Source of the DNA: a virus
Strand: one strand, 5' to 3'
Length of the DNA stretch: 64,000 nt
IMG/VR virus record: IMGVR_UViG_3300031718_000001
Span: 101,086 to 165,085 of that record
The position numbers and the translations under genes were made by a program. Below, one piece after another: positions 27,043 to 37,686 of this stretch. Each line of letters opens with the position of its first letter. Position 1 is the stretch's first letter. Below the pieces are notes generated by a model. The model ran no database searches, had not been told where the DNA came from, and was given only the letters and a program-made list of their open reading frames with translations.

Positions 27043-30000
27043 CCACCCCCGGAATCCAGCTCCCGGGCAACTTCGCCATCCCCGTGATCGCCCCGGTCTA
27101 CGTGGACGGCATCCCGGTCGGCCAGGCGGGCACGTCGGGGGCGAGCACGGCAGGTACCCAGGACTTCTGGAGTACCCAGCCGAGACTGGCCGGAGATTCC
27201 ACAGCCGAGCAGCTCACCGTCACCCTCGGGCAGCAGCGCCTGGTCAACTACATCGCACTCGACCTGCCGCACTTCCCGCATACCGTGACCTTCTACTGGT
27301 GGGACGGCTCCCAGTGGCAGCCGGTTAACGGGAACAGCGGCGCCCCGCTGACGGTCATCACCAGCGGATCGGTGCCGGCCGTAGTGGACAACCCGGCCGC
27401 GCTGAACGCCCGGCAGAACCCTTACCACTACGGCGCCGGGCACTGGGTGCACTACGACGAGCAGGTGCAGCCGTTCACCGCCAGCAAGCTGCTGCTCTGC
27501 GCCGTGCGCCCGGCCCCGGCACCGGGCATGCAGCTCCCGGTCAACCCGTCCGGGGCGGTCGTCCCCTACCCGCTTGGAGTCCGCAACCTCGACTTCGGCT
27601 CGCGCATGCTGTCGGCCGCTGATGTCCCGCCCGCGCTGCGCAGCCCGGTGACCCTCTCGATGCGGCAGCCGTTCACCACCACAACGGACGTGAACGGGTC
27701 GCCGGTCCAGGTGGCCATGCGGGAGAACCGGGCGAGCGACATGCTGAACGGCGGCACGTGGCGGTGCGGCCCGCAGCCGACCGCCGACGCGGTTACCTGC
27801 CTGTATCTCGACTCGCGGGACGCCAGCGGCAATGCCCAGGTGACCGACCGGTTCTACCTGGAGCCAATCACCAGCGGCGTCCGGTTCAACCTCTACTACT
27901 CGCCCGACCCGCCTCCGGCTGGCACTGCCTTCGAGGCGCTCGACGACCCGCTGCTGCCGTCGCTGCTGAACGCGGCCGGAACCCAGCTTCCGGTGCCTGC
28001 ACCCGACGGCATAATCTTCAGCCAGTGGCCGGGCTGGCTCACCATGGACAACCAGGCCGCAGGCACCGTCGCCGATGTCCCCTGGTGGACCGGGATCGAG
28101 GTAATCCCGTCGTTCAGCTCATCGGCCGAGGCCACCTACATCATCGCCGACGCCGGGCTCCTCCAGCTCTCCTACGCCGGCGGATCGTGGACCGTCACCA
28201 TGCCGACCCCGGATGCACCCGGGACGGTCAACCAGCCGTCAGGCGGTGTCCTCGGCCAATGGGATTTCGAGTTCTCCCCCGGCGACCGCCTCCAGTTCGT
28301 CGCCGGGTATGACGGGCAGGACTTCTTTGCCTGGAGCCCGCTCGGCCCCATGTTCCAGACCCCGGTCACGCCGCCTGTGCCGCCAGCCCCCTCGATCCGC
28401 TTCGGCGGCCTCCAGGGCATTGACCCGTCCGACGAGGTGCTGGCCGGCAACTACGAGCTGACTGCGTTCATCCTCAAGCAGGAGATCATCGACCTGACCG
28501 TCGGAGGCCAGGGGGGCATCCCGCCGGACTTCCTTTCCTTTGCCTCCGATCCGGCCGGGTACGTCAGCCCGGCTCTCGGCACCGACCAGTCCAGCACGCT
28601 GAACGCGGTCGCCCGGTTCAGCCCGGACTGGATCCTCGGCACAGTCTGCCCCTGGGGGTTCGTCGGCGGGCTCGGGTCGGCCTACGAGGCCTGCAACTGG
28701 GTGCCCGTGCCACGGTCCTACGTCCTTGCCCGCGGCTTCGCCGAGTTCGACCCGGTGCTCGCCTCCGCCTGGAAGTTCGAGTTCACTAACCTGGTGCCGG
28801 AGCCGTATGAGTATCTCCAGCCTCCGCAGCTCACGGCCCAGTACTTCCCGCCGCAGGCCCAGCCGACTGCCGAGCAGTCCGACCCGAGCAGTCCCGCGAC
28901 GCTGGATACCGGCCTTACCGTCAACCAGAGCGTCGCCCCCTCTGTCAACTTCAATGACGCGCCCCCGCCGGACCCGGACGCGACACCGGGCGTGGCGCTG
29001 CCCACCGAGGCGCTGTACGCCACCGACCCGTCGGCCGCAGCCCAGATGTCCGCCCTCGGGGGAGCGCTGTACAACTTCCAGCGGTGGCAGGCGCCCAGCC
29101 AGGTCCCCATCATCCCGGCGGGAGGGCCAAGCTCCTACCAGGAGCAGACGATCACCGTAACCACGAGGGTCGCCTACTTCGTCGCGATCAGCTCGATCGT
29201 CATGTACCGGATCGACTACACGGCAACCGACGACACCGCCCAGTACACCGAGCCTTTCGCCGATACCCGGTTCATCGACTCCAGTGCCCTGACCACGGGC
29301 GGGTGGACCTTCGTGCCCGGCACCGGCCTGGTCGCCCCGTCCAACCTCCCGGCGGGCGGCGCCAGCGTGCAGAGCCAGGTCTTCAACAGCGTGCACGCGG
29401 TGACCGGCGTCCAGTTCGCGACCATCCAGTCCGATCCGGTCCAGCTCCTGGCGGACTCTGACTTCTCTGACCCAGGCTTCGCCAACTGGGGGCCGGTCGG
29501 CGACGCGCTGCCGCTCGCCGAGTCACCCAACAGCGCTCAGCTCGGCATCATGGCCCAGGTATCCCGCGGCGCCGGGGCACCCGGGTACGACACGCTCAGC
29601 CCGCCGGCGAGCTGGGCCTACCTGGAGTCCGCCTATGCAACGTGGGCAGCGCTTGAAGCCGGGATACCGTCCTGGTACGACTTCGGCCAGCAGGTGGCTA
29701 CCAGCGCCATGGGCGGTATCGCCTACATCGGCCAGCCGGTCCCCTCGGTAGGCGGCGGCCGTCTGTACGTAGCGGCCCGTGTGTTCTCCTCCGTCGCCCT
29801 GACCGCCCCGCTCTACCTCCAGCTCATCGACGGTGCCACCGGTACCGTCATCGCCGAGGCCGAGCAGTCCGTCTCCGGCGGGTCGGTGACTGAGTGGTTC
29901 GCCGGCTTTACCCTGGGCGAAGGCGAGATCTCGGAGAACACCTGGGCGGGCGTCCAGGCCGCCTACCCGACCTGGGCATCATTCGCGGAAGACAACGCCA

Positions 30001-31535
30001 CCTGGGATGACGCGGACACCAGCACGGCCCCGCTCGGGGCCACGATCACGGCCCAGCTCATCCAGAAGGTGTCCACGGGCGACACCTGGGACGTGGACAG
30101 CATTGCGGTCTTCGAGGACGCGCTGGTCTGGTCGTTCAGCAACGACGGCGGGGCGACCTGGTACCCCGCCTACGACGTGCGCAACGACCCGCACGGGGTC
30201 GTCACCTTCCCTGTCGCCCAGCCCGGCGACGGAACCCAGCTTGTATGGCAGGTGAGTGCCTACCAGCCGGGCCTGACCGTCGCCGCGCTGGCTATCCGGC
30301 CATGGTACGTGACCTGGCCGCGCGGCATCATGCCCCGGGTAGCAGGCATCGGGCACGGCCCGAACATGAGCCCCCAGGACCAGTACGGCCCGATCGAGAA
30401 CGACCCCCGCTGGGCGCTCTCCTCCTCGCCCGTGCCGGACTCGTGGTTCTTCTCCGTCCGCCAGGCCCTCGGCATCTCTTCCCCCGCCAGCGATTTCCCC
30501 GGGCCGCCCCAGCCGGTGCCGGAGATCACCCTCGGCAACGCCCTGGTCTGGGAGGGGGCCGCAGCGGTAACGGGGGAGCCGCAGACCTACTCCGACCTGT
30601 ACACCGACACCTACACCGACCAGTACGCCCTGGCCGACGGCGGCGACATCTACACCGACGCCTACTGCGACATCTACGGCGAGAACTACCTGGTCCTGAC
30701 CGGCACGCAATGGCAGGGCGCCGCGGCGCTGTCGGCCGCCAGCGTGCTGTCGGCGGCTGGCTTGCACATCCCGCTGCCCGCGTACGGGCTCGGTGCCGAC
30801 CTCGGCCCGGTAGCCGCCTCCAGTTCCCAGGTGACTGCCTGGATCACCGGCACGGTCGAGACTCTTCCTGCCCGGCGAATCGCCCTGGGCAACCAGATCC
30901 CGGCTACCCTCGCCGTCTCCCTCGCCGCGGGCGATGCCGGGGTCCGGCGCGTGCTGTTCGACGTGCGCCCGGATTCGACCACGACCCCCGCGCAGCTTGC
31001 CGCCTTCCTCGCGAGCTGCCAGGCCGGCGGCCTGGAGGCCTCCGTGTCCATCTGGGCCGGAGCCGACACGGCGTTCGGCAATATCGGCGACTGGCTGGCC
31101 CTGCTGCCTGCCTACGCCGCGGCCGTGCACGGCGCCGGGTACCAGGTCGTGCTTACCGTGGATAATCACTCGATCGCCGCGAACTGGCTGGCATCCTGGT
31201 ACCCGGGCGACCAGATCATCGACGTGATCGCCCCGTCTTACTGGTGCACCGGCCCAGCGCCGGGCTCGGGTGCCGATACCCTCGCAGTCGCCCAGTCTTT
31301 TGCCGACGCCCATGGCAAGCCGCTGGGGCTGGCCCAGTTCGGCGTGGACCACACCCAGTTCACCGTGGCCCAGGCCCAGGGGTTCATCTCCTACATCCAG
31401 GCCCTGTTCACCGCGCGGAAGGCAGCCGCCAAGCAGAGCTATGACCTGATCTGGCTCGGCACCGGCAGCTACTCGGTGCTGACTGCCCCCTCCGGCCTGC
31501 TGGCCGCGTACCGGACCCTGGACGCGGCTATCTAG
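27039..31535 (+). CDS. Large baseplate/receptor-binding protein with C-terminal GH26-like TIM-barrel domain
   Basis: 1498 aa; C-terminal WYPGDQIIDVI...FADAHGKPLGLAQFG resembles GH26. Confidence 0.7.
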   Translation: MTTPGIQLPGNFAIPVIAPVYVDGIPVGQAGTSGASTAGTQDFWSTQPRLAGDSTAEQLTVTLGQQRLVNYIALDLPHFPHTVTFYWWDGSQWQPVNGNSGAPLTVITSGSVPAVVDNPAALNARQNPYHYGAGHWVHYDEQVQPFTASKLLLCAVRPAPAPGMQLPVNPSGAVVPYPLGVRNLDFGSRMLSAADVPPALRSPVTLSMRQPFTTTTDVNGSPVQVAMRENRASDMLNGGTWRCGPQPTADAVTCLYLDSRDASGNAQVTDRFYLEPITSGVRFNLYYSPDPPPAGTAFEALDDPLLPSLLNAAGTQLPVPAPDGIIFSQWPGWLTMDNQAAGTVADVPWWTGIEVIPSFSSSAEATYIIADAGLLQLSYAGGSWTVTMPTPDAPGTVNQPSGGVLGQWDFEFSPGDRLQFVAGYDGQDFFAWSPLGPMFQTPVTPPVPPAPSIRFGGLQGIDPSDEVLAGNYELTAFILKQEIIDLTVGGQGGIPPDFLSFASDPAGYVSPALGTDQSSTLNAVARFSPDWILGTVCPWGFVGGLGSAYEACNWVPVPRSYVLARGFAEFDPVLASAWKFEFTNLVPEPYEYLQPPQLTAQYFPPQAQPTAEQSDPSSPATLDTGLTVNQSVAPSVNFNDAPPPDPDATPGVALPTEALYATDPSAAAQMSALGGALYNFQRWQAPSQVPIIPAGGPSSYQEQTITVTTRVAYFVAISSIVMYRIDYTATDDTAQYTEPFADTRFIDSSALTTGGWTFVPGTGLVAPSNLPAGGASVQSQVFNSVHAVTGVQFATIQSDPVQLLADSDFSDPGFANWGPVGDALPLAESPNSAQLGIMAQVSRGAGAPGYDTLSPPASWAYLESAYATWAALEAGIPSWYDFGQQVATSAMGGIAYIGQPVPSVGGGRLYVAARVFSSVALTAPLYLQLIDGATGTVIAEAEQSVSGGSVTEWFAGFTLGEGEISENTWAGVQAAYPTWASFAEDNATWDDADTSTAPLGATITAQLIQKVSTGDTWDVDSIAVFEDALVWSFSNDGGATWYPAYDVRNDPHGVVTFPVAQPGDGTQLVWQVSAYQPGLTVAALAIRPWYVTWPRGIMPRVAGIGHGPNMSPQDQYGPIENDPRWALSSSPVPDSWFFSVRQALGISSPASDFPGPPQPVPEITLGNALVWEGAAAVTGEPQTYSDLYTDTYTDQYALADGGDIYTDAYCDIYGENYLVLTGTQWQGAAALSAASVLSAAGLHIPLPAYGLGADLGPVAASSSQVTAWITGTVETLPARRIALGNQIPATLAVSLAAGDAGVRRVLFDVRPDSTTTPAQLAAFLASCQAGGLEASVSIWAGADTAFGNIGDWLALLPAYAAAVHGAGYQVVLTVDNHSIAANWLASWYPGDQIIDVIAPSYWCTGPAPGSGADTLAVAQSFADAHGKPLGLAQFGVDHTQFTVAQAQGFISYIQALFTARKAAAKQSYDLIWLGTGSYSVLTAPSGLLAAYRTLDAAI

Positions 31536-31779
31536 CTTGGTCGATCCTCATGCCGACCACACGGGATCCGGCTTCCACGATCCCGATGTCCTGGCGCACC
31601 GAGAGGCTGCGCGGGGCCATGGCAAGCAGGACCAGGAGCCGCAGTGATCCGAGGCTGATAGAGGCGTCCTCATCGGCAGCTCCTGCCTGGAGAACCAGGA
31701 GCCGGCTGTCGCTGAAGTCCCGGCATGCATCAAGGAGATCAACCGCGTCGTCGAGGGCTACCTGCTGCTGTGGTGTCAT
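31528..31779 (-). CDS. Small hypothetical protein (probably leaderless)
   Basis: ATG a few nt downstream of a TATTGT -10 that adjoins the early-gene box. Confidence 0.5.
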   Translation of the reverse strand: MTPQQQVALDDAVDLLDACRDFSDSRLLVLQAGAADEDASISLGSLRLLVLLAMAPRSLSVRQDIGIVEAGSRVVGMRIDQAR

Positions 31780-31851
31780 GAGCAAACAATAGCAAGAAAA
31801 GCTGTATAGATGGTAGTCCTCAGTTTAGCCCAGAAGCACTGAGGAGGCCGC

Positions 31852-33453
31852 ATGCGAGCGCACTACCGGGCACCAGTCCAGGACGACGCGGGCAACCTGC
31901 TGCCGGGGTCGGTGATCACGATCCTGGTCAACGGCACGACCAGCCCGCTCGGCCTGCCCATCTACAGCGATGACTCCACGACCAACCTGCTGTCCAACCC
32001 GTGGACTAGCCCCGACGGCAATATCGACTTCTACCTCGACGCCCCGCAGCGAGTGGACCTCCAGGTCGCCCCGCCCGGCCAGTCGGCCGCCATCTTCCCC
32101 GACATCGACGTAGAAGTATCCGGCGTTACCACGGTGAGCCTGACCTTCGTCTCCACCGGCACCCAGTCCACGGCCGTAGGCAGCAACGCCTCGGCAGCCG
32201 GAGCCTACGCGGCGGCCTTCGGCGACACCTCCACAGCCTCGGGCAACGACTCGGTGGCCGTCGGGCAGTCTGCCAGCGCTACCGGGCTCGACGCCGTGGC
32301 CGTCGGCCAGCAGGCCCAGGTGCCCGGCAATGCCTCGACCGCCCTCGGCCAGCGCTCGGCCGCCACCGGCCAGCAGGCCGTCGCCATCGGCACGGCCGCG
32401 GTCGCCGAAGCTAACGACACGGTGGTGCTCGGGGCCGATGCCTCGGCCAGCGGAACCGGCGCGGTCGCCCTCGGGCAGGGCGCCAACGCCACCGGAGCCG
32501 GAGCCGTCGCCATCGGCCAGGGCGCGAGCGCTACCAGTCCGGGTGAGGTCGTGCTCGGCACCGCGGGGTCCACGGTCAGCATTCCGGGCACGCTCAGCGC
32601 CCCCAACGCCATCGCCTTCTACGGCCTGTTCGGCAGCGGCTCCGGCGGGGCTATCACCCTGGACGGGACTACCACTTACCCGGCGCTCACCCTGACCGGC
32701 AGCACCTACACGCTCACCCCGGCCTTCCTGGCGAACCCGTCGTCGGCGCTCACCATCAACTCCGGGGTCACCCTGGATACGGCGGGCCTGCCTCTCCAGG
32801 TAGACGGCCCGGTTATCAACAACGGCACGATCGCCAATTCCGGTTCTCCAGGGTCGGGCGCCTCGCCCGGCAACCTGGCCGGCTCGCAGATGTACCTGGC
32901 GGGAGCTGGCGCTGCCGGAACCGTGAACGCGGGCGCCGCGGCTCCGGCCATGTCCTCGATCGCCGCGGGGTCCGGCGGCCAGGGCGGTTCGAGCCCGGCC
33001 AAGGGCAATGGCGGGCTCGGCGGCGTCGTCTCGTCCTCGCCCGGCACGGCACCTTACTGCCTGCCATGGGCGGCCCTGACGGGGGTCTGCCTGTGGCAGG
33101 GACAGCTCGCGCTCCTCGGCGGCGGCGCGGGCGGCGGCTCCGGCTCGGGAGACGGGACTAACACGGGCGGCGGCGGCGGTTCCGGCGGGGGCGTGGTGGT
33201 CATCGCCGCCAGGTCGGTGGTCAACAACGGGCTGATCACGGCCAGGGGCGGCAACGGGGCCACGCCCATCACCGGCAACACGGGCGGCGGAGGAGCGGGC
33301 GGCGGAGGCCTGGTCGTGATTTTCACCCTTACCCCGGTTACCGGCACAGGCTCGGTATCGGTGGTGGCCGGCTCCGGCGGCGGCAGCCACGGCACGGGCG
33401 TGGCGGGCGGCCCAGGGTCCGCAGGGGTAGTTATAGAGCAGCTAGTGGCATAA
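31852..33453 (+). CDS. Tail fibre/adhesin with YadA-head (Hep/Hag) repeats and a glycine-rich C-terminus
   Basis: About nine 14-aa A.G..SVA(V/I/L)G..A repeats; GGGGGGSGGG domain. Confidence 0.8.
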   Translation: MRAHYRAPVQDDAGNLLPGSVITILVNGTTSPLGLPIYSDDSTTNLLSNPWTSPDGNIDFYLDAPQRVDLQVAPPGQSAAIFPDIDVEVSGVTTVSLTFVSTGTQSTAVGSNASAAGAYAAAFGDTSTASGNDSVAVGQSASATGLDAVAVGQQAQVPGNASTALGQRSAATGQQAVAIGTAAVAEANDTVVLGADASASGTGAVALGQGANATGAGAVAIGQGASATSPGEVVLGTAGSTVSIPGTLSAPNAIAFYGLFGSGSGGAITLDGTTTYPALTLTGSTYTLTPAFLANPSSALTINSGVTLDTAGLPLQVDGPVINNGTIANSGSPGSGASPGNLAGSQMYLAGAGAAGTVNAGAAAPAMSSIAAGSGGQGGSSPAKGNGGLGGVVSSSPGTAPYCLPWAALTGVCLWQGQLALLGGGAGGGSGSGDGTNTGGGGGSGGGVVVIAARSVVNNGLITARGGNGATPITGNTGGGGAGGGGLVVIFTLTPVTGTGSVSVVAGSGGGSHGTGVAGGPGSAGVVIEQLVA

Positions 33454-33517
33454 CGCCCAGCCGGAATCAAACCGGTCTATGGTACTCTTTCTGCCGAGGA
33501 TCAAAAGGAATAACGTG

Positions 33518-33553
33518 AAGAGGCCCCCGTCCGATGCGTTCCGGGGGCCTCTT
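33518..33553. terminator. Hairpin terminator between convergent genes
   Basis: AAGAGGCCCCC / GGGGGCCTCTT stem. Confidence 0.7.
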
Positions 33554-33566
33554 GCGTTGCCGGGGG

Positions 33567-35576
33567 TTACCTGGCGTTCTTCAGGAACCTCGCGACGGCC
33601 CCCATGTCACTCGTGCGCTGCGCCGGGGGCAGGGCGCTGATGATCTGCTTGCCGTAGCGCTTGGTCTCCAGGCGGTTGTCGAGGATTGCCACCACGCCCT
33701 TGTCATCGCGGTGCCGGATCAGACGGCCGAAAGCCTGGGTGAGCACCAGGATCATGGACGGGATGGCTAGCCTGGTGAACCCTGCCCACTCGTCGCGGTA
33801 CCGGCGCTTGATCGCTTCCTCGCGGGCCTGGTACACCAGGTCCGTCGGGACAGCGAACGGGAGCTTGTCGAGAACGACCAGCCGGAGCGCCTGGCCCTGG
33901 ATGTCCACGCCCTCGAAGAAGGTCCGCAGCCCGAACAGCACCGCGTTGCCGTCGGCCTTGAAGGCCCGGATCAGCTCGCTGTTCGGGGCGTCGCCCTGGC
34001 GCAGCACGGTCAGGCCATTGCGGCGGAACCGGGCGGCCAGAGCCTGGTAGGACTCGTTCATCGCGGTGCGCGAGGTGAACAGCAGCATCGCGCCGCCGGC
34101 CGCCGCGTCCACCAGGTCGTAGGAGACCGCCTGTGCGTAGGACTTCCACGCGGCCGGGTTCTTGGATGGGTCCGGCGCGTTCGCGTCGGGGACGAACATC
34201 AGCACCTGGCGCGGGTAGTCGAACGGCGAGCCCGCGTCGTAGGTCATGGCCTCGTCCCGGCCCAGGCCCAGGGAGTCAGCCAGGTAGCTGAAGTCCTTCC
34301 CGGCCGCCAGGGTGGCCGACGAGAGGATGGCAGGCATCTTGTCCCACAGCGCGGTGCGCAGGAACGGCGCGACGCTGACCGGGGCGCTGCGCAGGTACAG
34401 CCGCTTGCGCTCCTGCCCGCGGAAGGTGCTGCTCTCCTGCTCGATCCAGCGCACCGTCTTGTCGGCCGGGTCGGTGGCGTAGGCCTCCAGCCGGGCCATC
34501 TGGTTGCTGGAGCGGCGCAGCAGCCGCGAGCGGGCTATCCGGCCGGAGTCGTCATCGGCCGGGTGGGCCTTGACCTCATCGCGGACTAGCTCGATTGCCT
34601 GGTAGAGGCGGATGATGTGCGGGCCGAGAGCGTTTGAGCTGATCAGCGTATTGGGGTTGAGCGGTAGCGGCTCAACCTTCCCCTTGAGCCGGGCGAGGAA
34701 CTCAGCGTGCATGGCGCCGAGCTGCTCCCACAGATTGCGGGCTGCCTGCTCAACCTGGATGGCCACCTCCTCATCGCCGCCCTGGCGGAAAAGGTAACCG
34801 CCCATGTCCCGGGCCAGCTTGGCGAAGGAGCCCTCGCCCAGGGTGTCTTCGAGAGCGCTGGTGGCCACGTCGGGCAGGGTGTGCGCCTCGTCGATGATGA
34901 GCTGCTCGATGTCGCCCAGCAGCGCGACGTTGCCGTCGGTGGCTGACCGGAGCATCAGGTCCTGGAGCAGGTACGCCGTGTTCGTGATGACGATCTGGGC
35001 CTCGGCCGCGGCGGCCTTGGCTCGCTCGGTGATGCACTTCTCCCCGAACGGGCAGGAGCTGGCGCCGGGACACTCGGCGGATGACATCGAGAAGGCCCGC
35101 CACTCCTCCTCGGGCAGCGACGGGAAGTCCTCGCGGTCGGTGATGTCCAGGTTCTTGATGGCCTCGGGGGTGTCCAGCTCGGCCATCCGGGCGAGCACGG
35201 CCGCCTGGCCGTTCGTGGGGGAGGTGACCTCGGGGACCTTGGCATAGCACGGGTAGTTGGCCCGGCCCTTGAGCACGGCCCAGGTGAACTCGACGCCGAG
35301 GTGCTCCTTGAGCCAGGGCAGGTCCTTGAGCGCGTACTGGGACTGGAGCGCCTTGTTGAAGGTGGCGACCACCGTGTCCAGCCCGCTCAGGATGGCGGGG
35401 ATCAGGAGGGCCATCGACTTGCCGGTGCCGGTGCCGGCCTGGAAGAGCGCTGGCTTCCGGTCGGCAATCGCGGTCTCGACCTGCTCGGCAAGGGCCATCT
35501 GGTGCGTCCGGCGGGTGTATCCCGGCAGATTCTCGGCCAGTGCTTCCTGGGCCTCGGCGAACGTGGTTGGTGTCAT
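33567..35576 (-). CDS. dinG: DinG/YoaA-family ATP-dependent helicase
   Basis: QAGTGTGKS, KGRANYPC, Cys cluster, IIDEAH, SATL, EGVD, KLPF, QAFGRLIR. Confidence 0.92.
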   Translation of the reverse strand: MTPTTFAEAQEALAENLPGYTRRTHQMALAEQVETAIADRKPALFQAGTGTGKSMALLIPAILSGLDTVVATFNKALQSQYALKDLPWLKEHLGVEFTWAVLKGRANYPCYAKVPEVTSPTNGQAAVLARMAELDTPEAIKNLDITDREDFPSLPEEEWRAFSMSSAECPGASSCPFGEKCITERAKAAAAEAQIVITNTAYLLQDLMLRSATDGNVALLGDIEQLIIDEAHTLPDVATSALEDTLGEGSFAKLARDMGGYLFRQGGDEEVAIQVEQAARNLWEQLGAMHAEFLARLKGKVEPLPLNPNTLISSNALGPHIIRLYQAIELVRDEVKAHPADDDSGRIARSRLLRRSSNQMARLEAYATDPADKTVRWIEQESSTFRGQERKRLYLRSAPVSVAPFLRTALWDKMPAILSSATLAAGKDFSYLADSLGLGRDEAMTYDAGSPFDYPRQVLMFVPDANAPDPSKNPAAWKSYAQAVSYDLVDAAAGGAMLLFTSRTAMNESYQALAARFRRNGLTVLRQGDAPNSELIRAFKADGNAVLFGLRTFFEGVDIQGQALRLVVLDKLPFAVPTDLVYQAREEAIKRRYRDEWAGFTRLAIPSMILVLTQAFGRLIRHRDDKGVVAILDNRLETKRYGKQIISALPPAQRTSDMGAVARFLKNAR

Positions 35577-35710
35577 CTGGATGTCCCTTCCCTGGCTGTC
35601 TCAGCGGCCCGGTCGTCCGGGCGGTAGTTAGATTCTATTGGCAAGAAACCCTGTATAGCAACTCGATCGGCCAGGAAACCGGCTACCAATAAAACCTGTA
35701 TCATCGGGAT

Positions 35711-37291
35711 GTGACGGCGGTGATTCAGGAAACAGAGCACGACTGGCCCGAGGGGCTGCTGTTCTGGCCATCGCGCCAGATCGGCTGGCAGACCGACTAC
35801 ATCGCGCGCATGTACCTTATGGGTGCCGCGCTGCTGGCGGCCGACATGGGCACCGGCAAGTCGGTCATGACGCTCGGCGTCGCCGGGCTCGCCTTCGAGC
35901 AGGGCTCGATTGACCACGTGCTGATCGTCTGCGAGCCCAGCAAGCTGGCCGGCAGCGAGTGGCCTGCCGACTTCCGCCGGTTCACGCGGATCGAGGCCGC
36001 GGTCTACCACGGCCCCAAGCGCAAGAAGATGCTCGACGCCCTCCCCCCGGCGATCATCACGACCTACGAGACCTGCCGTGATGACGTGGCCGTCTTCCCG
36101 CCGAAGGGCAGCAGGGCAAAGACCCCGGCGCCCGGCCCGCTGATCGAGGCGCTCCGCGGCAAGCGGGTCCTGGTCGTCTACGACGAGATCACCAAGCTCG
36201 GCCGCCGTACCAGCAAGCTGTACAAGGCGCATCACTGGATGCTCGCCCAGCTCCGCAAGGCCAGCAAGGGAACCCGGGTGCTCGGGCTGAGCGCCACGCC
36301 GATGGACACCGACCTGGAGAACATCTTCAGCGAGCTGCGCCTGGTCGTGCCCTGGGCCATGCCGACGGTTGCCGAGTTCGAGCGCCGGGTGGTCAGGAGC
36401 CGTGACCCGTGGGGACGGCCGCACTACAGCCAGGAGGGCAAGGAGTGGTTCCGGTCGCTGTGCGAGCCGTGGATCCTCCGCAAGCGCAAGTCCGATCCCG
36501 ACGTGCGTGGCCTGTTCCCGCCGCTGGAGGAGAAGTTCACGCGCATCCGCATGCATGCCGACCAGTACCGGATCTACCAGCTCCTGGAGGACCTGGCCTG
36601 GGATCCGCAGACGCACGAGCACCGCGAGGTGCCCGGCCTGGGCGTGCTGCTGCGCCAGCTCGCCGGCGACCCGTGGGCTGTACTCGAAGCCGCCCGGACG
36701 GGCGAATCCGAGCTGACGCGCATGGTCGCCGAGGAAATGCACGACGATCTGGTGAAGTGCTCCTCGGCCAAGGCCCAGGAGCTGATCGAGCTGTGCGACC
36801 TGGTGATGTCCTCGGGCGGCAAGCTGGCTGTATTCTCGTTCTTCACCACGGTGATCGCCGCGCTCCAGCGGCGCCTGGGCGACCGACCGGTTTACCTCTA
36901 TCACGGCGGGCTCAGCGAGGCCGAGCGCGAGCACCAGAAGATGCTGTTCAAGGCGCATGACGGCGGGGCCGTCCTGCTGCTCAGCGACGCGGGGAAGCGG
37001 GGCATCAACCTGCCCTGGCTCGATTACGTCGTCGAGTACGAGGCAGCCCGCACCCATGCTGACCGGCTCCAGCGTTCCGGCCGCGGCCACCGGCTCGGCC
37101 AGGAGAACCCGCTGACCTTCATCACCTTCGTGCTAGATTCCTCGATCGAGGGAGCGAACGCCATCCGTACCCTGATGAGCCGGAATGCCGACCAGGATTT
37201 CATCCTCGGCGACGAGGGAGCCGACGGCTACACCACGGCTAAGGACCGGCGCGAGATGTTCGCCCAGGCACGGGTAAGGAAGGCAAGCTGA
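35711..37291 (+). CDS. SNF2-like SF2 helicase
   Basis: ADMGTGKS, YDE, LSATP, GINL, QRSGRGHRLGQ. Confidence 0.85.
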   Translation: MTAVIQETEHDWPEGLLFWPSRQIGWQTDYIARMYLMGAALLAADMGTGKSVMTLGVAGLAFEQGSIDHVLIVCEPSKLAGSEWPADFRRFTRIEAAVYHGPKRKKMLDALPPAIITTYETCRDDVAVFPPKGSRAKTPAPGPLIEALRGKRVLVVYDEITKLGRRTSKLYKAHHWMLAQLRKASKGTRVLGLSATPMDTDLENIFSELRLVVPWAMPTVAEFERRVVRSRDPWGRPHYSQEGKEWFRSLCEPWILRKRKSDPDVRGLFPPLEEKFTRIRMHADQYRIYQLLEDLAWDPQTHEHREVPGLGVLLRQLAGDPWAVLEAARTGESELTRMVAEEMHDDLVKCSSAKAQELIELCDLVMSSGGKLAVFSFFTTVIAALQRRLGDRPVYLYHGGLSEAEREHQKMLFKAHDGGAVLLLSDAGKRGINLPWLDYVVEYEAARTHADRLQRSGRGHRLGQENPLTFITFVLDSSIEGANAIRTLMSRNADQDFILGDEGADGYTTAKDRREMFAQARVRKAS

Positions 37292-37656
37292 TGTACCGGA
37301 TCTCCGATCGGGTCCAGGCCAAGGTCATCGCGGGCATCAAGGCCCTGGGCCTGCCTGCCGAGGATGAGGAGCAGATCGGCTGGGAGATCAATCCCATCCT
37401 GCTCTCACGGCCCGGCGCCATCCCGCAGCTCGGCTTCGTCGTCGGCATCTCGGTGCCCGTGCCCGCCACTGAGGACGACTTCATCCTGCACCTGGAGCCG
37501 CTGACCGACGCGCATGCCGGGCAGGAAGCCGTCACCGAGCTGATCGCCAAGCTGTACGGCAGCGCCTCGTCCGAGGCCCGCGAGCAGCATGTCCGGATCA
37601 CGGTCGCATCCAACGGGGAGAAGCGCACCGAAGGCGGGCTGGTCATCCCCGAGTAA
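37291..37656 (+). CDS. Hypothetical protein
   Basis: TGATG coupling; coding bias. Confidence 0.6.
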   Translation: MYRISDRVQAKVIAGIKALGLPAEDEEQIGWEINPILLSRPGAIPQLGFVVGISVPVPATEDDFILHLEPLTDAHAGQEAVTELIAKLYGSASSEAREQHVRITVASNGEKRTEGGLVIPE

Positions 37657-37686
37657 CCGCCTGGCCGTCCCGGCCCCGGAAGGTAT

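Noticed and set aside
33455-33555. Possible small RNA ahead of the bidirectional terminator
   Set aside because: Only an AT-rich stretch with a weak -10; insufficient evidence.
33567-35576. Type IV CRISPR CasDinG
   Set aside because: No csf/cas genes or array in the window.
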